A DNA stretch of 63,728 bases, counting the filler, from Octopus bimaculoides (taxonomy: Eukaryota), in the NCBI RefSeq assembly GCF_001194135.2. It is 3 parts of 3 records of this genome, joined end to end, with 100 filler letters (N's around TTAATTAATTAA, not from the genome) between each part and the next. Parts side by side here need not be neighbours in the genome. Positions count along the whole stretch, not along the records: positions 31,459 to 62,508 come from NC_068994.1; positions 62,609 to 63,728 come from NC_068983.1; 1 more part is not named here. One strand, written 5' to 3'. Under the pieces are notes generated by a model that was not told the origin of the DNA, ran no database searches, and saw only the letters and a list, made by a program, of their open reading frames with translations. The stretch's first letter is position 1, and the number at the start of each line of letters is the position of its first letter. Shown one piece after another: positions 52,721-63,728 of this stretch. A program made the translations under genes and the position numbers.

Positions 52721-53316
52721 ACACTTGCACATACACACACACAACACACACAAAACAGATACACACTGCCATATACATAACGATAGACCCACTCAAATAT
52801 ACCAGTTGACATCAGAGAAGAGAAAAGACCTGAATTAATGATATTTAATACAATTCCGACATTACCATAAAAAAATTATTCTCATTTGCACAAATGAATT
52901 GAAATTATTAGCGGTCGTCAGTTAATTCCCTAGAAATGATAATGAGACTGCTAATGACGGTTGCATTGAATCTAATTGCATACAAAAGTATTGGTAAGTA
53001 TACGGACTCAATTATTATATTTGTGTCTGTTTCTTCCCTTATTATTTTACTGATTTCGATCATTGGACTGCAGCTATTTTGGGGTTCCCTTTTTAAAGCT
53101 TTAATTGATCGTATATAATGCAGTACCTTTTTTTCTCTCTGTTATTTATTTATTTATTTATTTTGCTTTCCTTTTCTTTTCTTGACTACTTTCTTTATTG
53201 GACTCTTATCGTCGAATTGCATATTGCACCAGATGAAGGACGCATAAACATAAACACGAGCAACACGGCTTGTTTTGGGACTCGAAAAAATAAACACAGA
53301 CACAATATTATTATTG

Positions 53317-53368
<52 letters not shown>

Positions 53369-53393
53369 CATCATCATTGTTGTTGTTGTTGTT

Positions 53394-53520
53394 CCGCCGA
53401 AGTAGACTTTGCCTTTCATCCTTTTGGGATTGATAAATGAAGTACCAGTGAAGCACCGGGGTTGATGTAATCGACTAGTCCTCCTTCCCCACAAATTTAA
53501 GGCCTTGTGCCTCCAGTAGA
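53394..53520 (+). mobile_element. SINE family A, 5'-truncated
   Basis: Family A 3' body following an (ATT)n tract. Confidence 0.75.
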
Positions 53521-53544
53521 AAGGATTATTATTTTTTTTATCAT

Positions 53545-53602
<58 letters not shown>

Positions 53603-53830
53603 NNNNNNNNNNNNNNNNNNNNNNNNNNNNNNNNNNNNNNNNNNNNNNNNNNNNNNNNNNNNNNNNNNNNNNNNNNNNNNNNNNNNNNNNNNNNNNNNNN
53701 NNNNNNNNNNNNNNNNNNNNNNNNNNNNNNNNNNNNNNNNNNNNNNNNNNNNNNNNNNNNNNNNNNNNNNNNNNNNNNNNNNNNNNNNNNNNNNNNNNNN
53801 NNNNNNNNNNNNNNNNNNNNNNNNNNNNNN

Positions 53831-53873
<43 letters not shown>

Positions 53874-54722
53874 GTCTATGTATGTATAGCTATGTGACTG
53901 TGTTTGTCTCCACCATCTGTTGATTTGTTACATAGCGGTTCAGCAAAAGAGACAAATAGAATAAGTAACAGACCTTAAAAATAAGTAGAGGTGCCGATTT
54001 CTTCGACTAAAACCCTTCAAGGTACTGCCCTAGATTTAGCTGAAACGGAGAAAAGGTAAAAAAGTTGAACCATAAATCATCTTTTATTTTCTAATGATTC
54101 GCCTGACAAAGTAACTGCTCAAGTTCAGGTATTAGTTTCATAGTTGCTTATTGCAATCTTTAGAGTGTTCAGTTTTAGTGTCTATTTAACCAGTGACTTG
54201 ACCTTTAACTGTAATCATAGGAAACGTCATCCATCTTATTATGGGAATTTACTCGCTGCACTAACGTTTGATGTATTCCCATTTCTATCAAACTGTTCCA
54301 CAAAAACACAGAACAGTTGATTCTGAAATTTAATGTGCAAAATTATTATATTTCATTGCGTTACGCGGACAATTACATTTGTGCAAATATAAATTATTGG
54401 ATGCCTGGTTTCTTGTGCAGAATCTTTTTAGTCTTTGACTTTTCTAAGTTCCTCTGCATGAACAACGTATGATTAAATGGGGGTAGAGACTATACACTAA
54501 ATAATAATTATATATCATTAGCATTGATGATAATTCTTGGGAAGCATAGCCAAGGTAACAATTCTGGATATATGTCATTTTTCATAGACTTCTTGGCCGA
54601 AGCAAAGTGCTATTCGATACACCGGCCATCGCGTGCGCTCATACGCATGTACATATTCACACACGTATATGCATACACGTGTAAGTGTGTATGTGTGTAT
54701 GTGTGTATGTATAGATAGATAC

Positions 54723-54775
<53 letters not shown>

Positions 54776-54809
54776 CATACAGTTTTTATTGCAACTAAAA
54801 CTGAATACG

Positions 54810-54852
54810 TCTCCCTGCTCGAGTTTCAAATCACTGCGATCATCAGGCGAGA
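54810..54852 (-). ncRNA. Minimal type I hammerhead-like motif (U16.1->C)
   Basis: Minus strand TCTCGC-CTGATGA-TCGCAGTGATTT-GAAAC-TCGA-GCA-GGGAGA. Stem I 5/6 bp, near-palindromic stem III ACTCGAG(C), weak stem II. Confidence 0.6.
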
Positions 54853-54988
54853 ACTATCTATCTATCATTCTATCTATCTATCTCCAGATATATATANNNN
54901 NNNNNNNNNNNNNNNNNNNNNNNNNNNNNNNNNNNNNNNNNNNNNNNNNNNNNNNNNNNNNNNNNNNNNNNNNNNNNNNNNNNNNNNN

Positions 54989-55034
<46 letters not shown>

Positions 55035-55160
55035 TATATATGCATGTATATATGTATAAAGATATATAAATATATACATATATATGCGTACATATATATA
55101 TTTATATATATATATACATACATACATACATAGAAATATACATATATGATCTTGTGCATG

Positions 55161-55210
<50 letters not shown>

Positions 55211-55774
55211 CATGTATGTAAGTATGTATGCGTGCAGATATATATAGAGAAAGAGAAAGTGGGGGGAAGATAAATAAACATACGTACGAAGCGAAACAGA
55301 CACACGAAAGCATATACGTATGCATGGGTGTATACATAGATTCATACATATATCTATACAACCATACCTATCACTGTAAAACCATTGAGATACACCAGTT
55401 GACATCAGAGAAGAGTTTTAACTAAATTAATGATATTTAATATCATTCTGACATTGCCATAAAATAATCTCATTTGCACAAATGAATTGAAATTATTAGC
55501 AGTCGGCAGTTAATTCCCTAGAAATGATAACGCGACTACTAATGATGATTACATTGTATCGCATTGAATAGAAATGTATAGGCATATATGCAGATATTTA
55601 TGTTCTCTGTGCACATTTCTATATCCAATTAATACAAAGATATAAATTAAAGGCGTAATAGTCGTATGTGTATGTATGTTTGTGTGTATAAATGTGCGTA
55701 TGTGGGTTTGTGTGAGTATACATACCTATTGGTTTAGTATGTGTGTTGGCAGTTATAGATGCAGATATGTGTAT

Positions 55775-55847
<73 letters not shown>

Positions 55848-56222
55848 CATGAGTGTGTGTAAGTGTATGTGTGCAAGTACGTGTGTATGTACTTATGTAT
55901 GTACGCGTATACGTTACATTTATGTGTATGTGAGGGATATATGTGTGTGTATTTACAGATAGATAGATAGATAGATAGATAGATAAACAGAAAAACCGAC
56001 TAGCAGACGGACAAATAGACAGACAGACAGACAAATAGATAGATAGANNNNNNNNNNNNNNNNNNNNNNNNNNNNNNNNNNNNNNNNNNNNNNNNNNNNN
56101 NNNNNNNNNNNNNNNNNNNNNNNNNNNNNNNNNNNNNNNNNNNNNNNNNNNNNNNNNNNNNNNNNNNNNNNNNNNNNNNNNNNNNNNNNNNNNNNNNNNN
56201 NNNNNNNNNNNNNNNNNNNNNN

Positions 56223-56290
<68 letters not shown>

Positions 56291-56328
56291 ACAGAAAAAC
56301 CGACTAGCAGACGGACAAATAGACAGAC

Positions 56329-56397
<69 letters not shown>

Positions 56398-56854
56398 CAT
56401 CACGTAAACATGTTTCTGCGCACGTGTATATATGAATGTTTAAATATACATATATATGCATATGTAAATCATGTGTGAGTGCGTGTATGTGTGTGAGTGC
56501 GTCTATGTGTGTCCGTGTGTACGTGTGTGTGTGTATGCATGTATATGTATATGTCTATTTAAGCACATACACACACACATTCACACACACGGACACCCAC
56601 ACACATTAAGATATATACATCCATAATACATTCAAAATACTTAGAACGCATACTGGCGGCGTATGATATATGTCCTCCAAGATTTACATCTGAGGTATTT
56701 AGTTTTCACATGAGAACTCTATCAGATATAAAATATTGCTTGGAGAAATAGCATTTACCTATATGAAAAGTACATGACAATTTAGACTTCTGAAGAACAT
56801 CCATAACTATACCTCTGTGTGTGTATACATATATAAATACATATATACACACAC

Positions 56855-56930
<76 letters not shown>

Positions 56931-57734
56931 ATGTTATTTCATCCCCATTACACGTGTTTCATTTCCTAATAGAAGTTACAAAGTTGAGTTGTACATGTAG
57001 ACAAAAACATGTACGATATCACCTATTGGATATCCTTCAGTCAGGGGATCAAAATAATACAAAATTTACATTTGGATGAAGCTTTTATTTCTAGTCCAAG
57101 TAATAATCAGGAATTCTGTACATAGTTAGAAAGGAAAACAAAGAAAAGAAAAACAATATTAAAAAGTGAGAGAGACAGAGACAGAGAGTTAGCGATAAAT
57201 AACACACACGTATACACATACACATTCAAACACATGCCAATACCTTCACAACATCGCCGGAGCTGCAGGGATGCCATATATTGGTTAAGTATAACAATAT
57301 ATACCTGCCTTATGTTCCCTTCCTCCATATCTTCTAAAGGGTTTTTCTCCCTTAGCCACTTTTTTTCCCTCACAAGGCAGCAGAAGTTTATTATTAAACG
57401 CTTAAAATAGGGGTTATTATAGTGATGATGGTTTTTACACAGCCAGTCCCTTTCTGTCATCCTTTAAAATTTGCAATGGTCTGATGCGGAAAGTGCTATG
57501 ATACCAGTAGTTATCAGGATGCGGGATTTGTATGGAGTTACAGTCCACTCTTAGATGGACAGCTAAAAAGCTGAAGGGCTTTATCTGCCTTGGGTCAGTT
57601 GGGGTGTTTCTGAGCGACCTTCTTCAGGAGGCAATTCCGTGACATGTTAATTAAACTGTACCTGGGACCGGGACAAGTGTTGTTACTCCGCATCAAAGTA
57701 GATCTGGCAACACCAGTGGCTAATAAGTGGTTTT

Positions 57735-57964
57735 TTTATTTCTTTATTGCCCACAAGGGGCTAAACATAGAGTTGACAAACAAGGACCGACAAAGGGATT
57801 AAGTCGATTACATCGACCCCAGTGCGTAACTGGTACTTAATTTAACGACCCCGAAAGGATGAAAGGCAAAGTCGACCTCGGCGGGATTTGAACTCAGAAC
57901 GTAACGGCAGACAAAATACCGCTAAGCATTTCGCCCGGCCTGCAAACGTTTCTGCCAGCTCACC
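57735..57964 (-). mobile_element. SINE family A copy with an alternative 3' tail
   Basis: Family A head and body on the minus strand (57801-57964), continuing into a different tail whose fragment also occurs at about 3301-3350 (+). Confidence 0.8.
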
Positions 57965-58060
57965 GCATTGCTCGATACCTTGGAACTTCCGAACTAAGAC
58001 CACCACTACCAGATGTTGTTTAAAATCATACTGAGGACATTCTATGTTGTCACAGAAATA

Positions 58061-58363
58061 TACGAGGCTGTTTTCGCATCAAAAGTCTTGGTTTGCAGTC
58101 AAATGAATAAATAGATAAGGGAATCAAGATAAAAAAAAAATTTCCGTATGGAAAAGAGTCAAACGTATTATTAAACACACACACACACAGAGATACACAC
58201 ACATACACATAAACACATATACACACACATGTATATATGAGGGTGGAGGTGTAATAATGCTCTTGGCTCTTTCGTGCTACCCTACACGGAAATCTTTTGA
58301 TTCCGTTATCAGTTTATTCATTTCACTGTAAACCGTGGCTTTTGATGCGAAAACAGCCGATAT
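58061..58363. mobile_element. Mariner-type MITE-like element
   Basis: Perfect 20-bp inverted repeat GGCTGTTTTCGCATCAAAAG (58066-85)/(58339-58), extendable to about 34 bp with mismatches; left end TA-CGAGG, a common mariner terminus. Confidence 0.6.
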
Positions 58364-59320
58364 TTTTGTTGCAACATAAATTATAACGTTGCGACTGAGA
58401 GGTATCAAATAATGTACTTATCCAAATTAGTTATCTCTGTAACGTTAATTACCTGAAAACAGAATTAAAGCAGACTTAAGGCTTTCGAAAAAATACTCTC
58501 ACGCTCGCGTTCATGCACACTCACACACGCACGCACTTTAAAATATTTCTTATTCGTATCAATGGNNNNNNNNNNNNNNNNNNNNNNNNNNNNNNNNNNN
58601 NNNNNNNNNNNNNNNNNNNNNNNNNNNNNNNNNNNNNNNNNNNNNNNNNNNNNNNNNNNNNNNNNNNNNNNNNNNNNNNNNNNNNNNNNNNNNNNNNNNN
58701 NNNNNNNNNNNNNNNNNNNNNNNNNNNNNNNNNNNNNNNNNNNNNNNNNNNNNNNNNNNNNNNNNNNNNNNNNNNNNNNNNNNNNNNNNNNNNNNNNNNN
58801 NNNNNNNNNNNNNNNNNNNNNNNNNNNNNNNNNNNNNNNNNTCTCACCCCCCCCCCCACCTCTACGACTTTATTCACTCCAGTAATCTCCATACACCTGT
58901 ATTATTTCTTGTCATCAAAAACGTGGTATTTCGCCTCACTTCTTGAACACTTCCACAGACACACTCAACGCTACCCCGCTCTCTTTCATAATAATTCGCT
59001 CAGGAACATTCATATATTTTTCTCACCATTCGCTGAACAGTTCGTTAGAGACTTCGAGTGACACAACATAAAATTGGTTAACAAGTTGTCACGTCATGAA
59101 TATAATTATGCGTAGACACGAAACACAGGTCGTGTGCACGCAAACAAGCAATTAACAAAATACCGAATTTTATTTGTCTGTACAGCAATAACTGTGCGAA
59201 CCATTCAATGTTTAGAGTTTAAATTTTAACATATGTCTATATCATAGATGGAAGCTATTTTCTTTTCATATCCTACCAAATTTGGAACCGGCTAATACAA
59301 TTTACAACTATGATTTCTTT

Positions 59321-59398
<78 letters not shown>

Positions 59399-61774
59399 NN
59401 NNNNNNNNNNNNNNNNNNNNNNNNNNNNNNNNNNNNNNNNNNNNNNNNNNNNNNNNNNNNNNNNNNNNNNNNNNNNNNNNNNNNNNNNNNNNNNNNNNNN
59501 NNNNNNNNNNNNNNNNNNNNNNNNNNNNNNNNNNNNNNNNNNNNNNNNNNNNNNNNNNNNNNNNNNNNNNNNNNNNNNNNNNNNNNNNNNNNNNNNNNNN
59601 NNNNNNNNNNNNNNNNNNNNNNNNNNNNNNNNNNNNNNNNNNNNNNNNNNNNNNNNNNNNNNNNNNNNNNNNNNNNNNNNNNNNNNNNNNNNNNNNNNNN
59701 NNNNNNNNNNNNNNNNNNNNNNNNNNNNNNNNNNNNNNNNNNNNNNNNNNNNNNNNNNNNNNNNNNNNNNNNNNNNNNNNNNNNNNNNNNNNNNNNNNNN
59801 NNNNNNNNNNNNNNNNNNNNNNNNNNNNNNNNNNNNNNNNNNNNNNNNNNNNNNNNNNNNNNNNNNNNNNNNNNNNNNNNNNNNNNNNNNNNNNNNNNNN
59901 NNNNNNNNNNNNNNNNNNNNNNNNNNNNNNNNNNNNNNNNNNNNNNNNNNNNNNNNNNNNNNNNNNNNNNNNNNNNNNNNNNNNNNNNNNNNNNNNNNNN
60001 NNNNNNNNNNNNNNNNNNNNNNNNNNNNNNNNNNNNNNNNNNNNNNNNNNNNNNNNNNNNNNNNNNNNNNNNNNNNNNNNNNNNNNNNNNNNNNNNNNNN
60101 NNNNNNNNNNNNNNNNNNNNNNNNNNNNNNNNNNNNNNNNNNNNTATATATATATATATATATATATGGCACGTGCCCTCAGTAATGACTCAGGGTAGGC
60201 AGCTGGTGATGTTTATGTAGTAAAACACACAAAAAAATAAGCGAAACACAGGTTCGCGACCGAGTTGGAGGCAGTTTTACTTCTGCCTTTATAGTACGTA
60301 AAGAAAGCGTTGTTGTAGGAATGTACGCAGCACGTGTACTACAGCAGTACTATGTGTAGCTTTGATACTGAGATTGAAATGCAGGGGTGAACTATGCTCG
60401 CCTTATCTACAAAAAATAAAACTTTTTGTATTTTAGGCACAGTAATCAAAGTAACCTTTACAATTTTATTGAAATAGGTGCATATTTTTCCATAAAAGGA
60501 AAATGCTACTATCGATCAATTTTATTCAGGGTTGCCACTGCATACCTTGCCTACCAAATATATACCATGTATATATTTGTACCCTTCTTACAGCACTAAG
60601 AGTATTTTAACTCTTATTTCAAGCAATGTAAGTGCTTCGACACCCTGAGTCATACTTAGTAACGATTGAATTTTTCCTTTATGGTATAACACTGCGCTGT
60701 TTATAATTATATATATATATATACGGAATCGTAACATATAATTGCCAACCAGGGGACAGTACTACTGATGTTTATAGATGAATTCATCTTTAGGTACATG
60801 ATTACCACAGACAATAAACCGGGAAGCTGTTTGCGATTATGTTACGGTTATCCGTTTTTTTTTTCTTCTTTTTTTCTTTTTCTCTTTTTTCGTTATTGAA
60901 CCGAATGAACTTTTTGGTCGAGATTTGAAACCAGTTCGTAAGGTACAGAAACGGTTCGGTTTACGCAGCTGATGCAGCTACTCTGCGCGCTCGGATGTTA
61001 GTTAAGCAGAAGTGCACTGGAACTTAATTACACACGCTCAATGAATGGAAAGTTTTCCAAAGTACACCAACCGGTTCCGATGGAACTGATGACGTCGACG
61101 ACCGTGGTGATGCTGCTGCTGCTACTGATGATGATGATGNNNNNNNNNNNNNNNNNNNNNNNNNNNNNNNNNNNNNNNNNNNNNNNNNNNNNNNNNNNNN
61201 NNNNNNNNNNNNNNNNNNNNNNNNNNNNNNNNNNNNNNNNNNNNNNNNNNNNNNNNNNNNNNNNNNNNNNNNNNNNNNNNNNNNNNNNNNNNNNNNNNNN
61301 NNNNNNNNNNNNNNNNNNNNNNNNNNNNNNNNNNNNNNNNNNNNNNNNNNNNNNNNNNNNNNNNNNNNNNNNNNNNNNNNNNNNNNNNNNNNNNNNNNNN
61401 NNNNNNNNNNNNNNNNNNNNNNNNNNNNNNNNNNNNNNNNNNNNNNNNNNNNNNNNNNNNNNNNNNNNNNNNNNNNNNNNNNNNNNNNNNNNNNNNNNNN
61501 NNNNNNNNNNNNNNNNNNNNNNNNNNNNNNNNNNNNNNNNNNNNNNNNNNNNNNNNNNNNNNNNNNNNNNNNNNNNNNNNNNNNNNNNNNNNNNNNNNNN
61601 NNNNNNNNNNNNNNNNNNNNNNNNNNNNNNNNNNNNNNNNNNNNNNNNNNNNNNNNNNNNNNNNNNNNNNNNNNNNNNNNNNNNNNNNNNNNNNNNNNNN
61701 NNNNNNNNNNNNNNNNNNNNNNNNNNNNNNNNNNNNNNNNNNNNNNNNNNNNNNNNNNNNNNNNNNNNNNNNNN

Positions 61775-61781
61775 TGCTGCT

Positions 61782-61812
<31 letters not shown>

Positions 61813-61821
61813 ATGATGATA

Positions 61822-61863
<42 letters not shown>

Positions 61864-61975
61864 GCGGCGATGATGGCGATGATGATAATGATGATAATTT
61901 CGATGACGACGACGACGATGATGATGATGATGATGATGACTACGACCACGTCCGTCACGACGACGACGATGATGA
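61775..61975 (+). repeat. (GCT)n/(GAT)n/(GAC)n trinucleotide tract
   Basis: Direct reading; source of the poly-D/H/M/I ORFs. Confidence 0.95.
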
Positions 61976-62165
61976 AAGAGCACATTGGCAGAGGAGGACT
62001 TAGCCTTCAGTCACGTTGCCTCCGTTCTCTTACGCTTATAGCCCACGGGAGAAATACCTGAAGTGAATGCAAGAATACGTTCTGTTTGCCATTCCTGTAA
62101 GCGACATCTCGTATTGATTTATTCAGCAGTCCGGTCTCCATTGTGTGCACATGCGCAGAATAATA

Positions 62166-62209
<44 letters not shown>

Positions 62210-62380
62210 ACACACGAGCGATCGTGCACCAGTGTACCGTACCACACTCAACTGCACATTAAAACGTCTATCTAAGCACATATGCACATAAATCAATACA
62301 GACATTTCTGCACAATTTGCATAAATATATGTGTGTGTATGTATATGCACATATATACACATATATACATATATATATTC

Positions 62381-62427
<47 letters not shown>

Positions 62428-62477
62428 TGCAGGTGTGTATATGCATATGTGAATGTGTGCATATATATATACATATA

Positions 62478-62508
<31 letters not shown>

Positions 62509-62608
62509 NNNNNNNNNNNNNNNNNNNNNNNNNNNNNNNNNNNNNNNNNNNNTTAATTAATTAANNNNNNNNNNNNNNNNNNNNNNNNNNNNNNNNNNNN
62601 NNNNNNNN
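62509..62608. other. Artificial 100-bp assembly spacer (44 N + TTAATTAATTAA + 44 N)
   Basis: Same layout as 31359-31458. Confidence 0.95.
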
Positions 62609-63629
62609 TATATATATAGAGAGAGAGAGAGAGAGAGGTTATGAGAGGTAATGGTGTCAATAAGACCCAAAGGTATCAGGTAATGCTGAGTAAGTGCTAT
62701 GGACAGACCATAGTTAAGCTCCAGGTTCGGTGATTATGCGAATAATCCAACGTAGTTCATATATTACCATGTGTATATATAAATTGTTTTTTTTTTCAGA
62801 ATGAGATAAAAAACAAGGCTGTGAAGATTTTAGAACATTTATGAATAGGTCTTACAGTTGTTTCGGAGACGGTGAGAAAATGGTTAAGCAATACTTAATT
62901 TAGATAAGATATGAAATAGAGAGTGAATTGGAGCAATGAAAATAGATGAGATATGCAGGGATATTGCATTTGTAGATCCATTATTTAGGCAGAATGGTAT
63001 ACATATAAGATTCCAATGCCTTAGTAAATTCCAATGGTATCTAAAATTGATTATTCCAAGTATAGAGTTTCTACACAGTGCTATTGAATCGAAGGTTTTA
63101 TTTAAAGTGAACTAAAAGTAGGTCAAGTCGAAAACAGGAAGAGAGGAATAAAGAAAAGTGTGGGAAAAAGAAAACAAAGAAAAAAACAGGAAGAGAGGAA
63201 TAAAGAAAAGAAAGAAGAAAGGAATAAAGATAAACGAAGACAGAGATAATAAAGTGATGAAGAGAGGGAAAGTGTACCAGTTAGTGGTCAGTCAAGATAA
63301 CTTGAAAATAGGAAAGGGGAGGTGAGGGTGATAGAGAGAGAAAGACACTAGCGTATAAAAAGATGACAGTGTAAAGAGTTAAGGAGTGTCAGATAGAAGG
63401 AATGGGGGTGATAGACAGAGAGAGAGGTGTAATAGTGTAAAAGGTAAAGGAGTGTCAGTTACGTAGTGATAGAGTCTAAGTGATGGGGCAGAGAGGGGGT
63501 TGTAATATGGTGGAATGAAGGATTTAGGAATATAGATTAGGTTGGTTGGACAGGTTAGTGCTTAGTAGTAGAAGAAAATATATATGTGAAGATGTATACA
63601 GATGCATATATTAAAAAAAAACATGTATA

Positions 63630-63671
<42 letters not shown>

Positions 63672-63728
63672 CAGATATTTATACATAACAATATCTACAT
63701 ATACGTATATGTAGATATTGATATGTAT

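Larger units (their letters stand above)
52797..55556 (+). repeat. Dispersed direct repeat of about 170 bp (52797-52968 and 55390-55556)
   Basis: Shared ACCAGTTGACATCAGAGAAGAG..CTCATTTGCACAAATGAATTGAAATTATTAGC..CAGTTAATTCCCTAGAAATGATAA. Confidence 0.9.

Noticed and set aside
57600-57632. Minus-strand CTGAAGA..GAAAC hammerhead-like spacing
   Set aside because: No stem III partner or NUH triplet and no stem I. Similar partial hits at 12345-12360, 14874, 11090-11140, 56950 and 58031 were dropped for the same reason.
61024-62061. Poly-Asp, poly-His and poly-Met ORFs suggesting an acidic matrix protein or a His-rich factor
   Set aside because: They are (GAT/GAC/GCT)n tracts bridged by a 635-N gap; the Asp frame has an upstream TAA and no usable ATG or acceptor.
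62640-63560. Purine-rich tract as a possible coding or LINE region (also 51120-51560, 48340-48530 and the pyrimidine-rich 32540-32985)
   Set aside because: Low-complexity GA-biased sequence with frequent stops and no recognisable motifs.

Overview
AT-rich, microsatellite-saturated animal scaffold with many N gaps. The SINE families and the (AT)n/(GT)n/(ATCT)n load look like a coleoid cephalopod, most likely Octopus; this is recognition from memory, not a database result. Nearly all long ORFs in the supplied track are microsatellite or gap artefacts. Well supported content: (1) decayed retroelements, namely a Penelope-like RT/GIY-YIG relic (12.0-13.0 kb, minus), a second PLE 3' end (46.1-46.4 kb), an R4/NeSL-type RT + CCHC + restriction-like-endonuclease relic (17.6-19.9 kb, minus) and a fragment of a related element (31.6-31.9 kb); (2) a mariner/maT transposase relic (43.3-43.9 kb) and MITE-like inverted repeats; (3) at least four tRNA-derived SINE families. 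The most interesting signal is a set of six type I hammerhead-ribozyme-like motifs plus one inverted pair of half-motifs, scattered about one per 9 kb. Most have the minimal self-complementary stem III typical of Penelope-associated hammerheads; three keep an intact catalytic core, and the stem III palindrome differs between most copies. Also seen: a tentative multi-exon C-type-lectin-domain gene on the minus strand (about 5.4-8.9 kb), a possible second CTLD-like frame (40.3-40.8 kb), long fold-back hairpins (candidate ADAR or small-RNA substrates), and two artificial 100-bp spacers carrying a six-frame stop linker. No rRNA, intact tRNA or CRISPR array is supported.
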